Below, piece after piece: positions 56,265 through 64,000 of a stretch of DNA of 64,000 nt (position 1 is its first letter; each line of letters opens with the position of its first letter). Position numbers and translations under genes: made by a program. The notes below the pieces were generated by a model. That model saw nothing but the letters and a program-made list of their open reading frames with translations, made no database searches and was not told where the DNA came from. The DNA is from Thermodesulfovibrionia bacterium (GTDB taxonomy: Bacteria > Nitrospirota > Thermodesulfovibrionia > JACRGW01): contig CAKKSD010000017.1 in NCBI GenBank assembly GCA_919902995.1, forward strand, positions 14,424 to 78,423. Reading direction: 5' to 3'.

Positions 56265-56624
56265 TTAAAATCTACTTAATTCTTTTCCTACATCTGCACA
56301 ACTTTTCAAAACTAACAATAGTGCTACAATAGATAAGAATAATCCTATATAGCTTAACTTTTTATTTTCTTTTCTTACGAGAGCTATTGCACCCATAACA
56401 ATTCCAGTAATAGCTGTTAACCAAGAAATAATTACAGGAAATATGATTGATATGCCTCCAAGGACAACAGCAGCAATAGAAAAAATGTTTTTTACATTAG
56501 TATTCATAGCAGTCTCTTTCTGAGAAAGTTCGGTTAATATTGAACCACAATGTTTACATTTGATAGCTGTTGAAATTATTTCTTCTTGGCAAAAAGGGCA
56601 TTTTTTAAGGTCACTATTCTGCAT
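56265..56624 (-). CDS. Zinc-ribbon membrane protein, small paralog (119 aa)
   Basis: CPFCQEEIISTAIKCKHCGS plus 2-3 TM helices. Confidence 0.7.
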   Translation of the reverse strand: MQNSDLKKCPFCQEEIISTAIKCKHCGSILTELSQKETAMNTNVKNIFSIAAVVLGGISIIFPVIISWLTAITGIVMGAIALVRKENKKLSYIGLFLSIVALLLVLKSCADVGKELSRF

Positions 56625-56783
56625 TGTTATCCCTTCTATTTTTTAATACGACCTTTTTATATATTCCTAAGCTCTACTTAGATCCACAAATATCACATAT
56701 AAGTATTATTTGTCAATAAAAACTTACATTTAATGGGTTTATAAGAAGGGATATGCCACCTATAATGCCTAAGGAGAAAACTT

Positions 56784-57077
56784 ATGGGTGATAATATAAG
56801 AAGTAAATTAGGCAAGAAAATAAGATTATTAAGGAAATTAAAAGGATTCACGCAGGAAGAATTAGGCGAAAAGGCAGGAATTAGCTACAAATTTCTTGGG
56901 GAGATAGAAAGGGGTGAAGCAAATCCAAGCTTAAATTCATTGATATTAATAGCGAATGCTCTAAGAGTAAATGTAAAAGAGTTATTTCCTGGAGAGCCTG
57001 ATGTATATGCTCAACTTTCTCCTCAAGACATCAAACTTATTAAAAAAGCCCTCAAACTCTTAAATAATACTTTTTAA
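56784..57077 (+). CDS. XRE-family HTH transcriptional regulator, divergent from the zinc-ribbon operon
   Basis: IRLLRKLKGFTQEELGEKAGISYKFLGEIERG. RBS aaggaga. It has the same architecture as the regulator at 24412..24729. Confidence 0.85.
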   Translation: MGDNIRSKLGKKIRLLRKLKGFTQEELGEKAGISYKFLGEIERGEANPSLNSLILIANALRVNVKELFPGEPDVYAQLSPQDIKLIKKALKLLNNTF

Positions 57078-57323
57078 AAATAAAAACAATACTTTCTTTA
57101 TTTATTCATCTAATTGTTATTACTATTACTCTCTGTAATCTCTCTTAAGAAGGAAGATTTACGCCGAACCGCCAGCCTTTTTCTGCTCCGCCTATAACAA
57201 GTCCTCCGGAGGGATAATAATACAAGGGGTAATATAGTCCCTTCTATAGGGAAAGGATCTCAGGTTTTTGGCTTCTGTGATTGATTTTACAAGCGTCTTT
57301 TCGATCTGTCTTATCATACGGCA

Positions 57324-57518
57324 TCACCTAAAGCCTATGTAATAACCTTCATCCCCGTATTCATCGACATAAAGAGGGATACTATTATAAGTAAGGTCTA
57401 TTCTATATTCGGCAGTGAAAGAGTTCGAAAACCAGAGAACAAAAAAGAGGCATAGAAATAATATTAGGAATATTTTGGAGTTCAGGGATCTTTGGTTTGG
57501 GGTTAAATAATTTTTCAT
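57324..57518 (-). CDS. Small signal-peptide protein, possibly the 5' part of a disrupted Tyr/Gly-rich gene
   Basis: RBS ggggggtgg and an N-terminal hydrophobic segment. Downstream, in another frame, runs GLYYPLYYYPSGGLVIGGAEKGWRFGVNLPS. Confidence 0.35.
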   Translation of the reverse strand: MKNYLTPNQRSLNSKIFLILFLCLFFVLWFSNSFTAEYRIDLTYNSIPLYVDEYGDEGYYIGFR

Positions 57519-57671
57519 TGTCCACCCCCCTTATTTCTACGAATTAAGTATACTACATTTGACTAACTTGTCAATTACTTTTTGAGAGGACTGCTAAACA
57601 TTTTGCTTTATCTGATCCGAGGCAAGATGCCTTGGCTTTTCTCGTGCAAGATTGAAGTCTTGATAAATGAT

Positions 57672-57722
57672 GAGATTCTTCCCCTTCCCCTTCACTTCTT
57701 TCAGGGTCAGGGTCTGAATGAC
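57672..57722. repeat. Family B-related repeat module
   Basis: gagattcttcccc...cagggtcagggtctgaatgac. Confidence 0.55.
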
Positions 57723-57734
57723 AGAAAATAAATC

Positions 57735-58214
57735 TTATTTGAATTTCTTCCTGAATGCCTTCTCTACAACTTCAGGAACAAGCCCTTTAACCGATCCATT
57801 CAGTGATGCCACTTCTTTTACAATGCTTGATGTAAGATAGGAATATTCCTCGCTCGGCATCATGAAGACCGTCTCTACTTCTGAATCGAGTCTCCTGTTC
57901 ATCAGTGCCATCTGGAGTTCATACTCGAAATCCGAAACTGCTCTCAGCCCCCTGATTATAGCAGTAGCGCCCTTTTCCCTTGCATAATCCATCAAAAGTC
58001 CATCGAAGGATTCAACCTTTACATCGCCCAGACCCTTAACTGCCTCTTCAGCCATCCTTACCCTTTCTTCTACTGTAAAGAGTGAAGTCTTTTTTGGATT
58101 CATAGCAACAGCCACGATGATCTGATCGAAAATCCGAAGTCCCCTCTGGATAAGATCCACATGACCATTTGTAATGGGATCAAATGTCCCTGGGTATATC
58201 GCTATTTTTTTCAT
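57735..58214 (-). CDS. coaD: Phosphopantetheine adenylyltransferase
   Basis: IAIYPGTFDPITNGH motif, 159 aa. Confidence 0.95.
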   Translation of the reverse strand: MKKIAIYPGTFDPITNGHVDLIQRGLRIFDQIIVAVAMNPKKTSLFTVEERVRMAEEAVKGLGDVKVESFDGLLMDYAREKGATAIIRGLRAVSDFEYELQMALMNRRLDSEVETVFMMPSEEYSYLTSSIVKEVASLNGSVKGLVPEVVEKAFRKKFK

Positions 58215-58220
58215 GGGTGT

Positions 58221-58772
58221 TTATCCTTTCATCATAAATAATGAGAGTACCGTATCTCCGTATACATACCTTTTTATAAATCTTAAAGGCCCTATCTCTT
58301 CTGGAAGTCCCTTCTTTTTAAAATGTTCTGCTACAACGACACCGTCTTCGCTCAGGATGCTTCCTTTCGAAAGAATCTTAAAGATCTTTTCCATTTCACC
58401 TGTATAATACGGAGGATCGATAAAGAGTATATCGAATCTCTCCCCTTTTTTTATAGCCCTTTTAAGAAAGACGCCTGCATCTGACTCTATTACCTTTGCC
58501 CTGTCCACAAACCCGAGAGAAAAAAGATTCTCTCTAAGGGTCTTTTTCATAAAAGGATTAGATTCTACGAAAATAGCTTTTCCTGCCCCGCGGCTTATGG
58601 CCTCTATACCTATCCCACCAGTACCTGCATAGAGATCGAGGAAGACAGAATCTTTTACCTTTTCTCCAAGTATATTGAACAAGGCCTCTTTAACCTTTTC
58701 TGATGTAGGTCTTAAGTTGGTTTTCGAAACCTTTAGCCTTCTACCCCTTGCTATTCCTCCAACAACCTTCAA
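58221..58772 (-). CDS. rsmD: 16S rRNA (guanine966-N2)-methyltransferase
   Basis: RPTSEKVKEALFNIL, DLYAGTGGIGIEA and FIDPPY motifs. Confidence 0.9.
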   Translation of the reverse strand: MKVVGGIARGRRLKVSKTNLRPTSEKVKEALFNILGEKVKDSVFLDLYAGTGGIGIEAISRGAGKAIFVESNPFMKKTLRENLFSLGFVDRAKVIESDAGVFLKRAIKKGERFDILFIDPPYYTGEMEKIFKILSKGSILSEDGVVVAEHFKKKGLPEEIGPLRFIKRYVYGDTVLSLFMMKG

Positions 58773-58821
58773 GTAATAAATCCAAATTATGTATGTTTAT
58801 AAAATATTTGTAACAATAGGT

Positions 58822-59361
58822 TTAGTCCTTTGGGTTATAAAGGGAGAGGGTCTCATAATTTTTCTGGTCCTCATAAAACTTTGTACTGGTAATAGATATG
58901 GCAGCCTGATCAGCAAAATATGATATTAACTCCTCGTCTTCATTGGGAAATACTCCATTCTTATCACCTTCTGAAAGTAAGATTGAACCTGCATCTGCAC
59001 CTGTAATCTTCAAAGAACTGTCTATAATATTATCGATGAGTATATCACCATAAACTATTTCACGAATATCCCTGGTTGTGGTTAAAAGCATATTTAGCTT
59101 ATTGCTATATTCCTCTATCTTTCTAATAGCCCTTTTTGAGGCACTATTTGCCAGATATAAACCTATAGCCACAAGACCTGCAAGGATTGAGAGGATAACT
59201 ACTATAGATTGTTTTGGTATATAATCCAGGATTACATAAAGAAACCTGATAACAAGAAAAAAGAGCGTGTAAATAATAACAAGGACTACAATATTTAAGA
59301 CTTTAATCTGACGCCTTATAGCATCTATAGCGCCCTTTTTTTCTTCAAGATTAACATCCAT
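58822..59361 (-). CDS. Membrane protein with a short GAF-like C-terminal fragment
   Basis: Two TM helices are followed by ...ITGADAGSILL...ELISYFADQAAISI..., which is shorter than a full GAF domain. Confidence 0.5.
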   Translation of the reverse strand: MDVNLEEKKGAIDAIRRQIKVLNIVVLVIIYTLFFLVIRFLYVILDYIPKQSIVVILSILAGLVAIGLYLANSASKRAIRKIEEYSNKLNMLLTTTRDIREIVYGDILIDNIIDSSLKITGADAGSILLSEGDKNGVFPNEDEELISYFADQAAISITSTKFYEDQKNYETLSLYNPKD

Positions 59362-59428
59362 TTTAGTCCTTATATCCTGTCTTAAAAAGACTACTCAAAT
59401 GGTATATTTATGTCAAGATATTTTTGTC

Positions 59429-59456
59429 TTGAAATCAATGGATAAAGTGGTATAAT
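59429..59456 (+). promoter_or_regulatory. Sigma-70 promoter with extended -10 (TTGAAA-16-TGgTATAAT)
   Basis: ttgaaa at 59429..59434 and tataat at 59451..59456, preceded by tgg. It lies about 50 nt upstream of the PEGA protein start. Confidence 0.55.
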
Positions 59457-59506
59457 TTAAATAGAATTCTCCTGTTATTCAGGTATATAAAATGGAGGTA
59501 TTAAAG

Positions 59507-60217
59507 ATGAAAAAGAGTATTATTGGATCGATCCTCCTTTTAGTATTATCTATAGGTACCATCGCAGAAGCAGGGAGAACAAGGGTTTATGGTGGATCGT
59601 GGTTCGGATGGTGGGGTCATCCCTGGATTGGTATTTCAGGAAGAACAGACTCAGGAAGGTTCTTCTTAAGTACAGGTTTTCCATACTGGTGGGGATACCC
59701 AGGGTCTGATCTGTTTGTTTCTAAGAGGATATATGGCCATGTATTATTCGGTTTTCCTTTTCCCTTCTTCTGGAATTACGATTACAGATACTACCATTCC
59801 AATGTATACTATTACCCCTACAATTACAGAGATTACAGCAGGATAATTGTGAAAAATCTTGATACTGTTAAAGATTCTTATAATGGGGGTACAGGATCGT
59901 ATAATCCAGATGTAACTCGGAAGGATCAGGATGTAATCTTCTACGGTGGTATCCAGATTCATCCTGCTGGCAGGATAAAGATAACAACAACTAAAGGGGA
60001 TTCTGGCCAGCCAGAGGTGGCCGATATTGTGATAAATGGTCTTCCTGCAGGAAAAACTGGAATCGGAGACAAACCTTTCGAAATGGGTCTCCTGATTGGG
60101 AAGCATAAGGTATCAGTTAAGAAAGATGGAAAGGAGGTGTTTTCAACAGAGGTGAATGTGGAGAGGAACAAAGATGTCTCATTAAAGATAGATCTTGAAA
60201 GTTTAATGTCACCCTGA
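59507..60217 (+). CDS. Secreted Trp/Tyr/Gly-rich protein with a C-terminal PEGA-like domain
   Basis: The ATG at 59507 follows ggagg and is followed by a signal peptide. The C-terminus is VINGLPAGKTG...GKHKVSVKKDGKEVFSTEVNV. Confidence 0.7.
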   Translation: MKKSIIGSILLLVLSIGTIAEAGRTRVYGGSWFGWWGHPWIGISGRTDSGRFFLSTGFPYWWGYPGSDLFVSKRIYGHVLFGFPFPFFWNYDYRYYHSNVYYYPYNYRDYSRIIVKNLDTVKDSYNGGTGSYNPDVTRKDQDVIFYGGIQIHPAGRIKITTTKGDSGQPEVADIVINGLPAGKTGIGDKPFEMGLLIGKHKVSVKKDGKEVFSTEVNVERNKDVSLKIDLESLMSP

Positions 60218-60292
60218 ACTTGGTTCAGGGTCTCGGAGAAGTGGGATGCTGAAACGATACTGAAACAAGTTCAGCACAAGATTCAGCATGAT
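60212..60292. repeat. Family B-related hairpin modules
   Basis: ccctgaacttggttcaggg and gctgaaacgatactgaaacaagttcagc. Confidence 0.6.
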
Positions 60293-60315
60293 AAAAATAA
60301 AAATATGGAGGTGTT

Positions 60316-60705
60316 ATGACTACCACCCCGGAACAGAAACAGAAGGAATTAGGGACTTCAAGTAGCGGGATGGAACCAAATCTCGCTGCGGCACTGTCTT
60401 ATGTGTTGTCAATAATAACCGGTGTAATATTTTTTGTGATTGAGAAAGAAAACAAATATGTCCGGTTTCATGCTATGCAGGCAATACTATTTGGGGCTGC
60501 ATGGATTGTTCTCTGGATAGTCCTCGGCATTGTTTCTTTGGGGCTTATTTTTGTACCCATAATTGGCTGGATAATAAATGCAGTGATCTATCTCGGGTTA
60601 GGACTTGGCGGATTCATACTCTGGTTACTTCTGATGTACAAGGCATACCAGGGTGAAAAATTCAAGCTCCCCATAATTGGGGATATTGCAGAGAAGAACG
60701 CCTGA
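60316..60705 (+). CDS. DUF4870-like membrane protein
   Basis: NLAAALSYVL...FHAMQAILF pattern with 3-4 TM helices. Confidence 0.65.
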   Translation: MTTTPEQKQKELGTSSSGMEPNLAAALSYVLSIITGVIFFVIEKENKYVRFHAMQAILFGAAWIVLWIVLGIVSLGLIFVPIIGWIINAVIYLGLGLGGFILWLLLMYKAYQGEKFKLPIIGDIAEKNA

Positions 60706-60732
60706 AAAGTTATATAAATGAAAGGAGGAAAT

Positions 60733-61452
60733 ATGAGGTTTAGAAGAAAAACATTGCTATCAGCCCTGTCCTTTACGGTCATGACATTCATTTTCACAAA
60801 CTGCGCCCCTACTGCTACAGTTACAAAGGGAACGACAGCCCCGACCATCTCGCAGGCACAGTCCGTACCTTATACTGGCCCACAAAAGAGGATCTCAGTT
60901 ATGAACTTTAGCGATAAGACCGCAAAAGGGTGGAGAGGTATTGGGGAAGGAATGTCAGAGATGCTTGCCTCATCACTGTTTGAGAGTGGACGATTCATCG
61001 TACTTGAAAGACAGGCCCTGAGGGATGTTATACAGGAGCAGGACTTAGGGGCCTCCGGAAGGGTGAAAAGGGAGACAGCGGCCCCTGTTGGCGAAATTGA
61101 AGGGGCAGAACTTATGGTTTATGGTGCGGTTACAGAGTTTGAACCTGATGCGAAGGGTATAGGTGGTGGGGCTATTATACCAGGTATCCATACTGGTGTT
61201 ATTGTCGGTGTTAAAAGGGCACATGTGGCTATTGATTTAAGGATTGTGGATGCAAAGACCTCAAGGATTGTAGCTACAACTACCGTTACCGGTAATGCTA
61301 CAGATATAGGTGGCGGGATTGGGACACAAATTGGTGGTGGTAAGACAAGAATGCCATTCGCACTTGGAGGGTGGTCTAAAACACCTATGGAACAGGCTAT
61401 AAGAGTTTGTATAGATGAGGCTGTCAAATTTATAAGTTCAAAGGCACAATAA
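60733..61452 (+). CDS. CsgG/LpoB-like outer-membrane lipoprotein, paralog 1
   Basis: Lipobox FTNC, then ISVMNFSDKT...GEGMSEMLASSLFESGRFIVLERQ...IEGAELMVYGAVTEF. The ATG at 60733 follows aaggagg. Confidence 0.75.
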   Translation: MRFRRKTLLSALSFTVMTFIFTNCAPTATVTKGTTAPTISQAQSVPYTGPQKRISVMNFSDKTAKGWRGIGEGMSEMLASSLFESGRFIVLERQALRDVIQEQDLGASGRVKRETAAPVGEIEGAELMVYGAVTEFEPDAKGIGGGAIIPGIHTGVIVGVKRAHVAIDLRIVDAKTSRIVATTTVTGNATDIGGGIGTQIGGGKTRMPFALGGWSKTPMEQAIRVCIDEAVKFISSKAQ

Positions 61453-61504
61453 ACAATCTCATAGGGGCAGGGCAACAACCTGCCCCTCCTGAAAGCTATC
61501 TTAA

Positions 61505-62257
61505 ATGTTCTTCTTGAAAATAAGAAATGTTATACCACTGCTTTTGATTTTTACTTTTTTTATCTCCATTCTATTCAGTTGTGCGCCTACTGCCGAGATT
61601 ACTAAAGGCTCTGTAATCCAGTCCACAGGATCCTTCGGACCGCAACAGGGACATTATTCCGGACAGAAGAAAAGGATGGCAGTAATGAGTCTTGGCGATA
61701 AGACTAATAAAGGCTGGCATGGGATAGGGGACGGAATGGCCGATATGCTTAACTCAGCCCTTGTCAATACTGACAGGTTCATTGTCCTTGAAAGGGAAAG
61801 GATCAAAGATATTATTTCCGAACAGGACTTAATGAGTAGAAAGGCTATACCAAAAGGTGAGATAGAAGGGGCAGAATTGCTTATATTTGGAGATATAACA
61901 GAATTTGAGCCGGAGAAACTTACAGCAGCAGGTGTATTGTTAGGTCTTGCATCTCTCGGCTCTGTAATATATTCAGCAACGAGTAAAAACAGGGTTCCTT
62001 TCTTTCTTGCAGGTTATATAGAGGCCCATATAGCAATGGACCTTCGAATAGTAGATGCAAAGACCTCAAGGGTTGTTGCAACGACTACAGTACAGGGTAA
62101 GGCCTCTGATATAGGAGGTTTAGTGGGCGGTGTTGTGGGTGGTGGTAAGACAGAGCTCCCTGTAGTACTTGGAGGTTTCGCAAAGACACCAATGGAGAAG
62201 GCGATAAGGATATGCATAGATACAGCCTCTAACTGGATTGCAAGGAGTGGTCTCTGA
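61505..62257 (+). CDS. CsgG/LpoB-like outer-membrane lipoprotein, paralog 2
   Basis: Lipobox LFSC, with the same motifs as paralog 1 and a divergent central segment (EKLTAAGVLLGLASLGSVIYSATSKNRVPFFLAG). Confidence 0.75.
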   Translation: MFFLKIRNVIPLLLIFTFFISILFSCAPTAEITKGSVIQSTGSFGPQQGHYSGQKKRMAVMSLGDKTNKGWHGIGDGMADMLNSALVNTDRFIVLERERIKDIISEQDLMSRKAIPKGEIEGAELLIFGDITEFEPEKLTAAGVLLGLASLGSVIYSATSKNRVPFFLAGYIEAHIAMDLRIVDAKTSRVVATTTVQGKASDIGGLVGGVVGGGKTELPVVLGGFAKTPMEKAIRICIDTASNWIARSGL

Positions 62258-62282
62258 TTCCATTCAAGAAATCTCAAAAGAC

Positions 62283-62386
62283 GAGATTCCTCGCGGAGTT
62301 TACCTGAGCAACTGATGAGATGCCTCGACTTCGCCCCGCAGGGTCCTGTGGATCGGCATGACAGGCGAAGGGTTTGGAATGATGAC
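62283..62386. repeat. Family B hairpin modules (reverse orientation of the 8072 copy)
   Basis: gagattcctcgcgg... and atgagatgcctcgacttcgccccgcagggtcctgtggatcggcatgac. Confidence 0.8.
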
Positions 62387-62398
62387 ATGTTAGTGTAA

Positions 62399-63850
62399 AT
62401 GAAGATCCTTTCTAATTTATATCGTTTAATTTCATCCTTCTTTATCCTTTTACTACTTAGCTGTGCGGTTAATCCTGTTACAGGCGAAAAGGAGTTCATG
62501 CTGATTGCAGAGGATGAAGAAATATCAATCGGCAAGGAGATATATCCCAATATCCTCTGGGGTGAAGAGGGTGGTGGAGGAGTATACAGAGACCAGGAGC
62601 TTGAAGGACATCTCGAAGGGATAATAAAGAGGCTCCATTCAATATCCCATAGACCAAATCTTCCTGTAGATTTTGTAATCCAGAATAGTTCTGTACCAAA
62701 TGCCTGGGCAATTCCAGGTCATGTGGCTATCACGAGAGGACTCTTAGTAAATATAGACAATGAAGCCCAATTCGCATTCGTAATGGGACACGAGATGGGA
62801 CATGTCTCTGCAAGACATTCTGCAAAAAAGCTCTCCTTAGGTATTCTCCAGCAGCTTGGCCTCGGTATTGCCTCTGCTTTTATAAAAGATGGAAAGAAAG
62901 AGCAGGAGTTACTTCTCGGTCTCGGGTTGATAGGTTCTAGCCTTCTGATCCTTAAATACGACAGAGGTCAGGAGCTTCAGGCAGACCGACTCGGCGTTCT
63001 CTATATGGCGAGGACTGGTTATGACCCTAATGAGGCCCTAACAGCACATAAAAAATTAGAAAAGGCAATCAAGGAATACCTCGCGAGGCTTGGAAAGAGT
63101 AGGGAAGAGACAATCCTCGGAGACCTCCTTTCTACACATCCGAGGACACAGATACGCCTTGACGAAGTAAAAACCACTATCCAGAACCTTGAACCATACA
63201 GAATCCAGGGTGACGGCAAGTTCAGTTCACCATTTATGAAGAATACAATGAAGATAAGGGAGATCCAGAAATCCTATCTTAAATATGATGACGCTACAAG
63301 GGCATTCAGAGAAAACAATATAAGAAAGGCTGAGGATAATATTTCGGAAGCAATAAAGATGAATCAGGGTCAGGCTCCATTCTGGAATCTTTCAGGGCTG
63401 ATACATCTAAAACAGGGTAGATACGATGATGCGGAAAGGGAGTTTAAAACAGCCCTCCAAAGAGATTCCGATTACCAGCCTGCATATCATGGCCTGGGTC
63501 TGAGACAATTTTTGATAAATGATTACAAAACTGCGATCGGATATTTTGAGAAAAGCCTTAAGCTATTTCCCGAGCATCCCGGTTCTAATTTCTATGCAGG
63601 GGTTATCTATTATAAGTTCAGAGATTACAGAAAGGCTGCACATCACCTTAATACCTTTGCAGGGATTGCTCCGAAACACCATGAGGTTCATGGTTACCTG
63701 GGATTGAGTTATGAAGGCATAAGGGACATAAATAGTGCTGTGAAGGAATACAGATATCAGATTCAGGTAGCACCCAACAACGAAATGGGAAGGACTGCGA
63801 GGTCAAGGCTCACAGCCTTAGAACCATATATCCAGCCAAAGAAGAAGTAA
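62399..63850 (+). CDS. M48-family zinc metalloprotease lipoprotein with C-terminal TPR repeats (BepA-like)
   Basis: Lipobox LLSC, HEMGH zinc motif and a TPR-like C-terminal third. Confidence 0.85.
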   Translation: MKILSNLYRLISSFFILLLLSCAVNPVTGEKEFMLIAEDEEISIGKEIYPNILWGEEGGGGVYRDQELEGHLEGIIKRLHSISHRPNLPVDFVIQNSSVPNAWAIPGHVAITRGLLVNIDNEAQFAFVMGHEMGHVSARHSAKKLSLGILQQLGLGIASAFIKDGKKEQELLLGLGLIGSSLLILKYDRGQELQADRLGVLYMARTGYDPNEALTAHKKLEKAIKEYLARLGKSREETILGDLLSTHPRTQIRLDEVKTTIQNLEPYRIQGDGKFSSPFMKNTMKIREIQKSYLKYDDATRAFRENNIRKAEDNISEAIKMNQGQAPFWNLSGLIHLKQGRYDDAEREFKTALQRDSDYQPAYHGLGLRQFLINDYKTAIGYFEKSLKLFPEHPGSNFYAGVIYYKFRDYRKAAHHLNTFAGIAPKHHEVHGYLGLSYEGIRDINSAVKEYRYQIQVAPNNEMGRTARSRLTALEPYIQPKKK

Positions 63851-64000
63851 GAAAGAGAACCTTAGCTACAGAAGCCTAATCCTAGAAGGAGAATTTCCTT
63901 GATAGTCTTGATTATGTAACCTTCCTTCCTATCAATAATAAATAATAGAAGATGCCCTTCTTACATTTCTCGCCTCAGTGAGAAGTTTATTTATGGTCTT

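Noticed and set aside
47781-57734. Integrase, transposase or prophage genes next to tRNA-Thr or within the 50.9-57.5 kb island
   Set aside because: No ORF with recombinase, transposase, capsid or terminase motifs was found. No direct repeat of the tRNA 3' end was seen by eye. Island status rests only on composition and gene content.
62014-62550. 178-aa minus-strand ORF
   Set aside because: It overlaps the 3' end of CsgG-like paralog 2, a repeat array and the start of the M48 protease on the opposite strand. No motif was found.

Overview
This is a 64-kb chromosomal segment from a low-GC, repeat-rich bacterium. About 85% of the genes lie on the minus strand. The gene content (TrpB2, futalosine-type UbiD/UbiA/UbiX, sigma-54 two-component systems, GYD and rubrerythrin-like proteins) and the GTCATTCC...GGAATGAC hairpin repeats suggest an anaerobe of the Nitrospirota/Thermodesulfovibrio type. 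That taxonomy is inference only.

The housekeeping backbone runs thiC, nadC, valS, pyrF, dcd, rsmI, proA/proB, obg, rpmA-rplU, apt, a sigma-70 family factor, accD, a complete trp operon (trpE-G-D-C-B2-F-B-A), ubiX/ubiA/ubiD, aspC, coaD and rsmD. It also carries three tRNAs: Arg-CCT, Pro-CGG and Thr-CGT.

Several accessory insertions interrupt this backbone:
- An M-R-M restriction-modification cassette sits exactly between trpE and trpG.
- A translationally coupled nucleotidyltransferase / 75-aa protein / patatin phospholipase cassette starts 13 nt from the 3' end of tRNA-Thr.
- An AT-rich island of about 6.5 kb (50.9-57.5 kb) holds a Phd-VapC pair, a minimal CHAT/caspase-like protein, duplicated gene fragments, a 16-residue-repeat protein, three paralogous zinc-ribbon membrane proteins and an XRE regulator.
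- A VapC/DUF104/XRE/lipoprotein insertion splits proB from proA.

Two short-repeat systems pervade the window. The first is a set of modular hairpin repeats found in most larger spacers. One set of these modules is inserted in frame in a histidine kinase, and another pair brackets a GIY-YIG nuclease gene. The second is a set of period-7 stutter repeats that fill most trp operon spacers and occur in frame inside trpE, valS and the trpA tail.

All functional calls rest on motifs read from the translations. No database search was possible.
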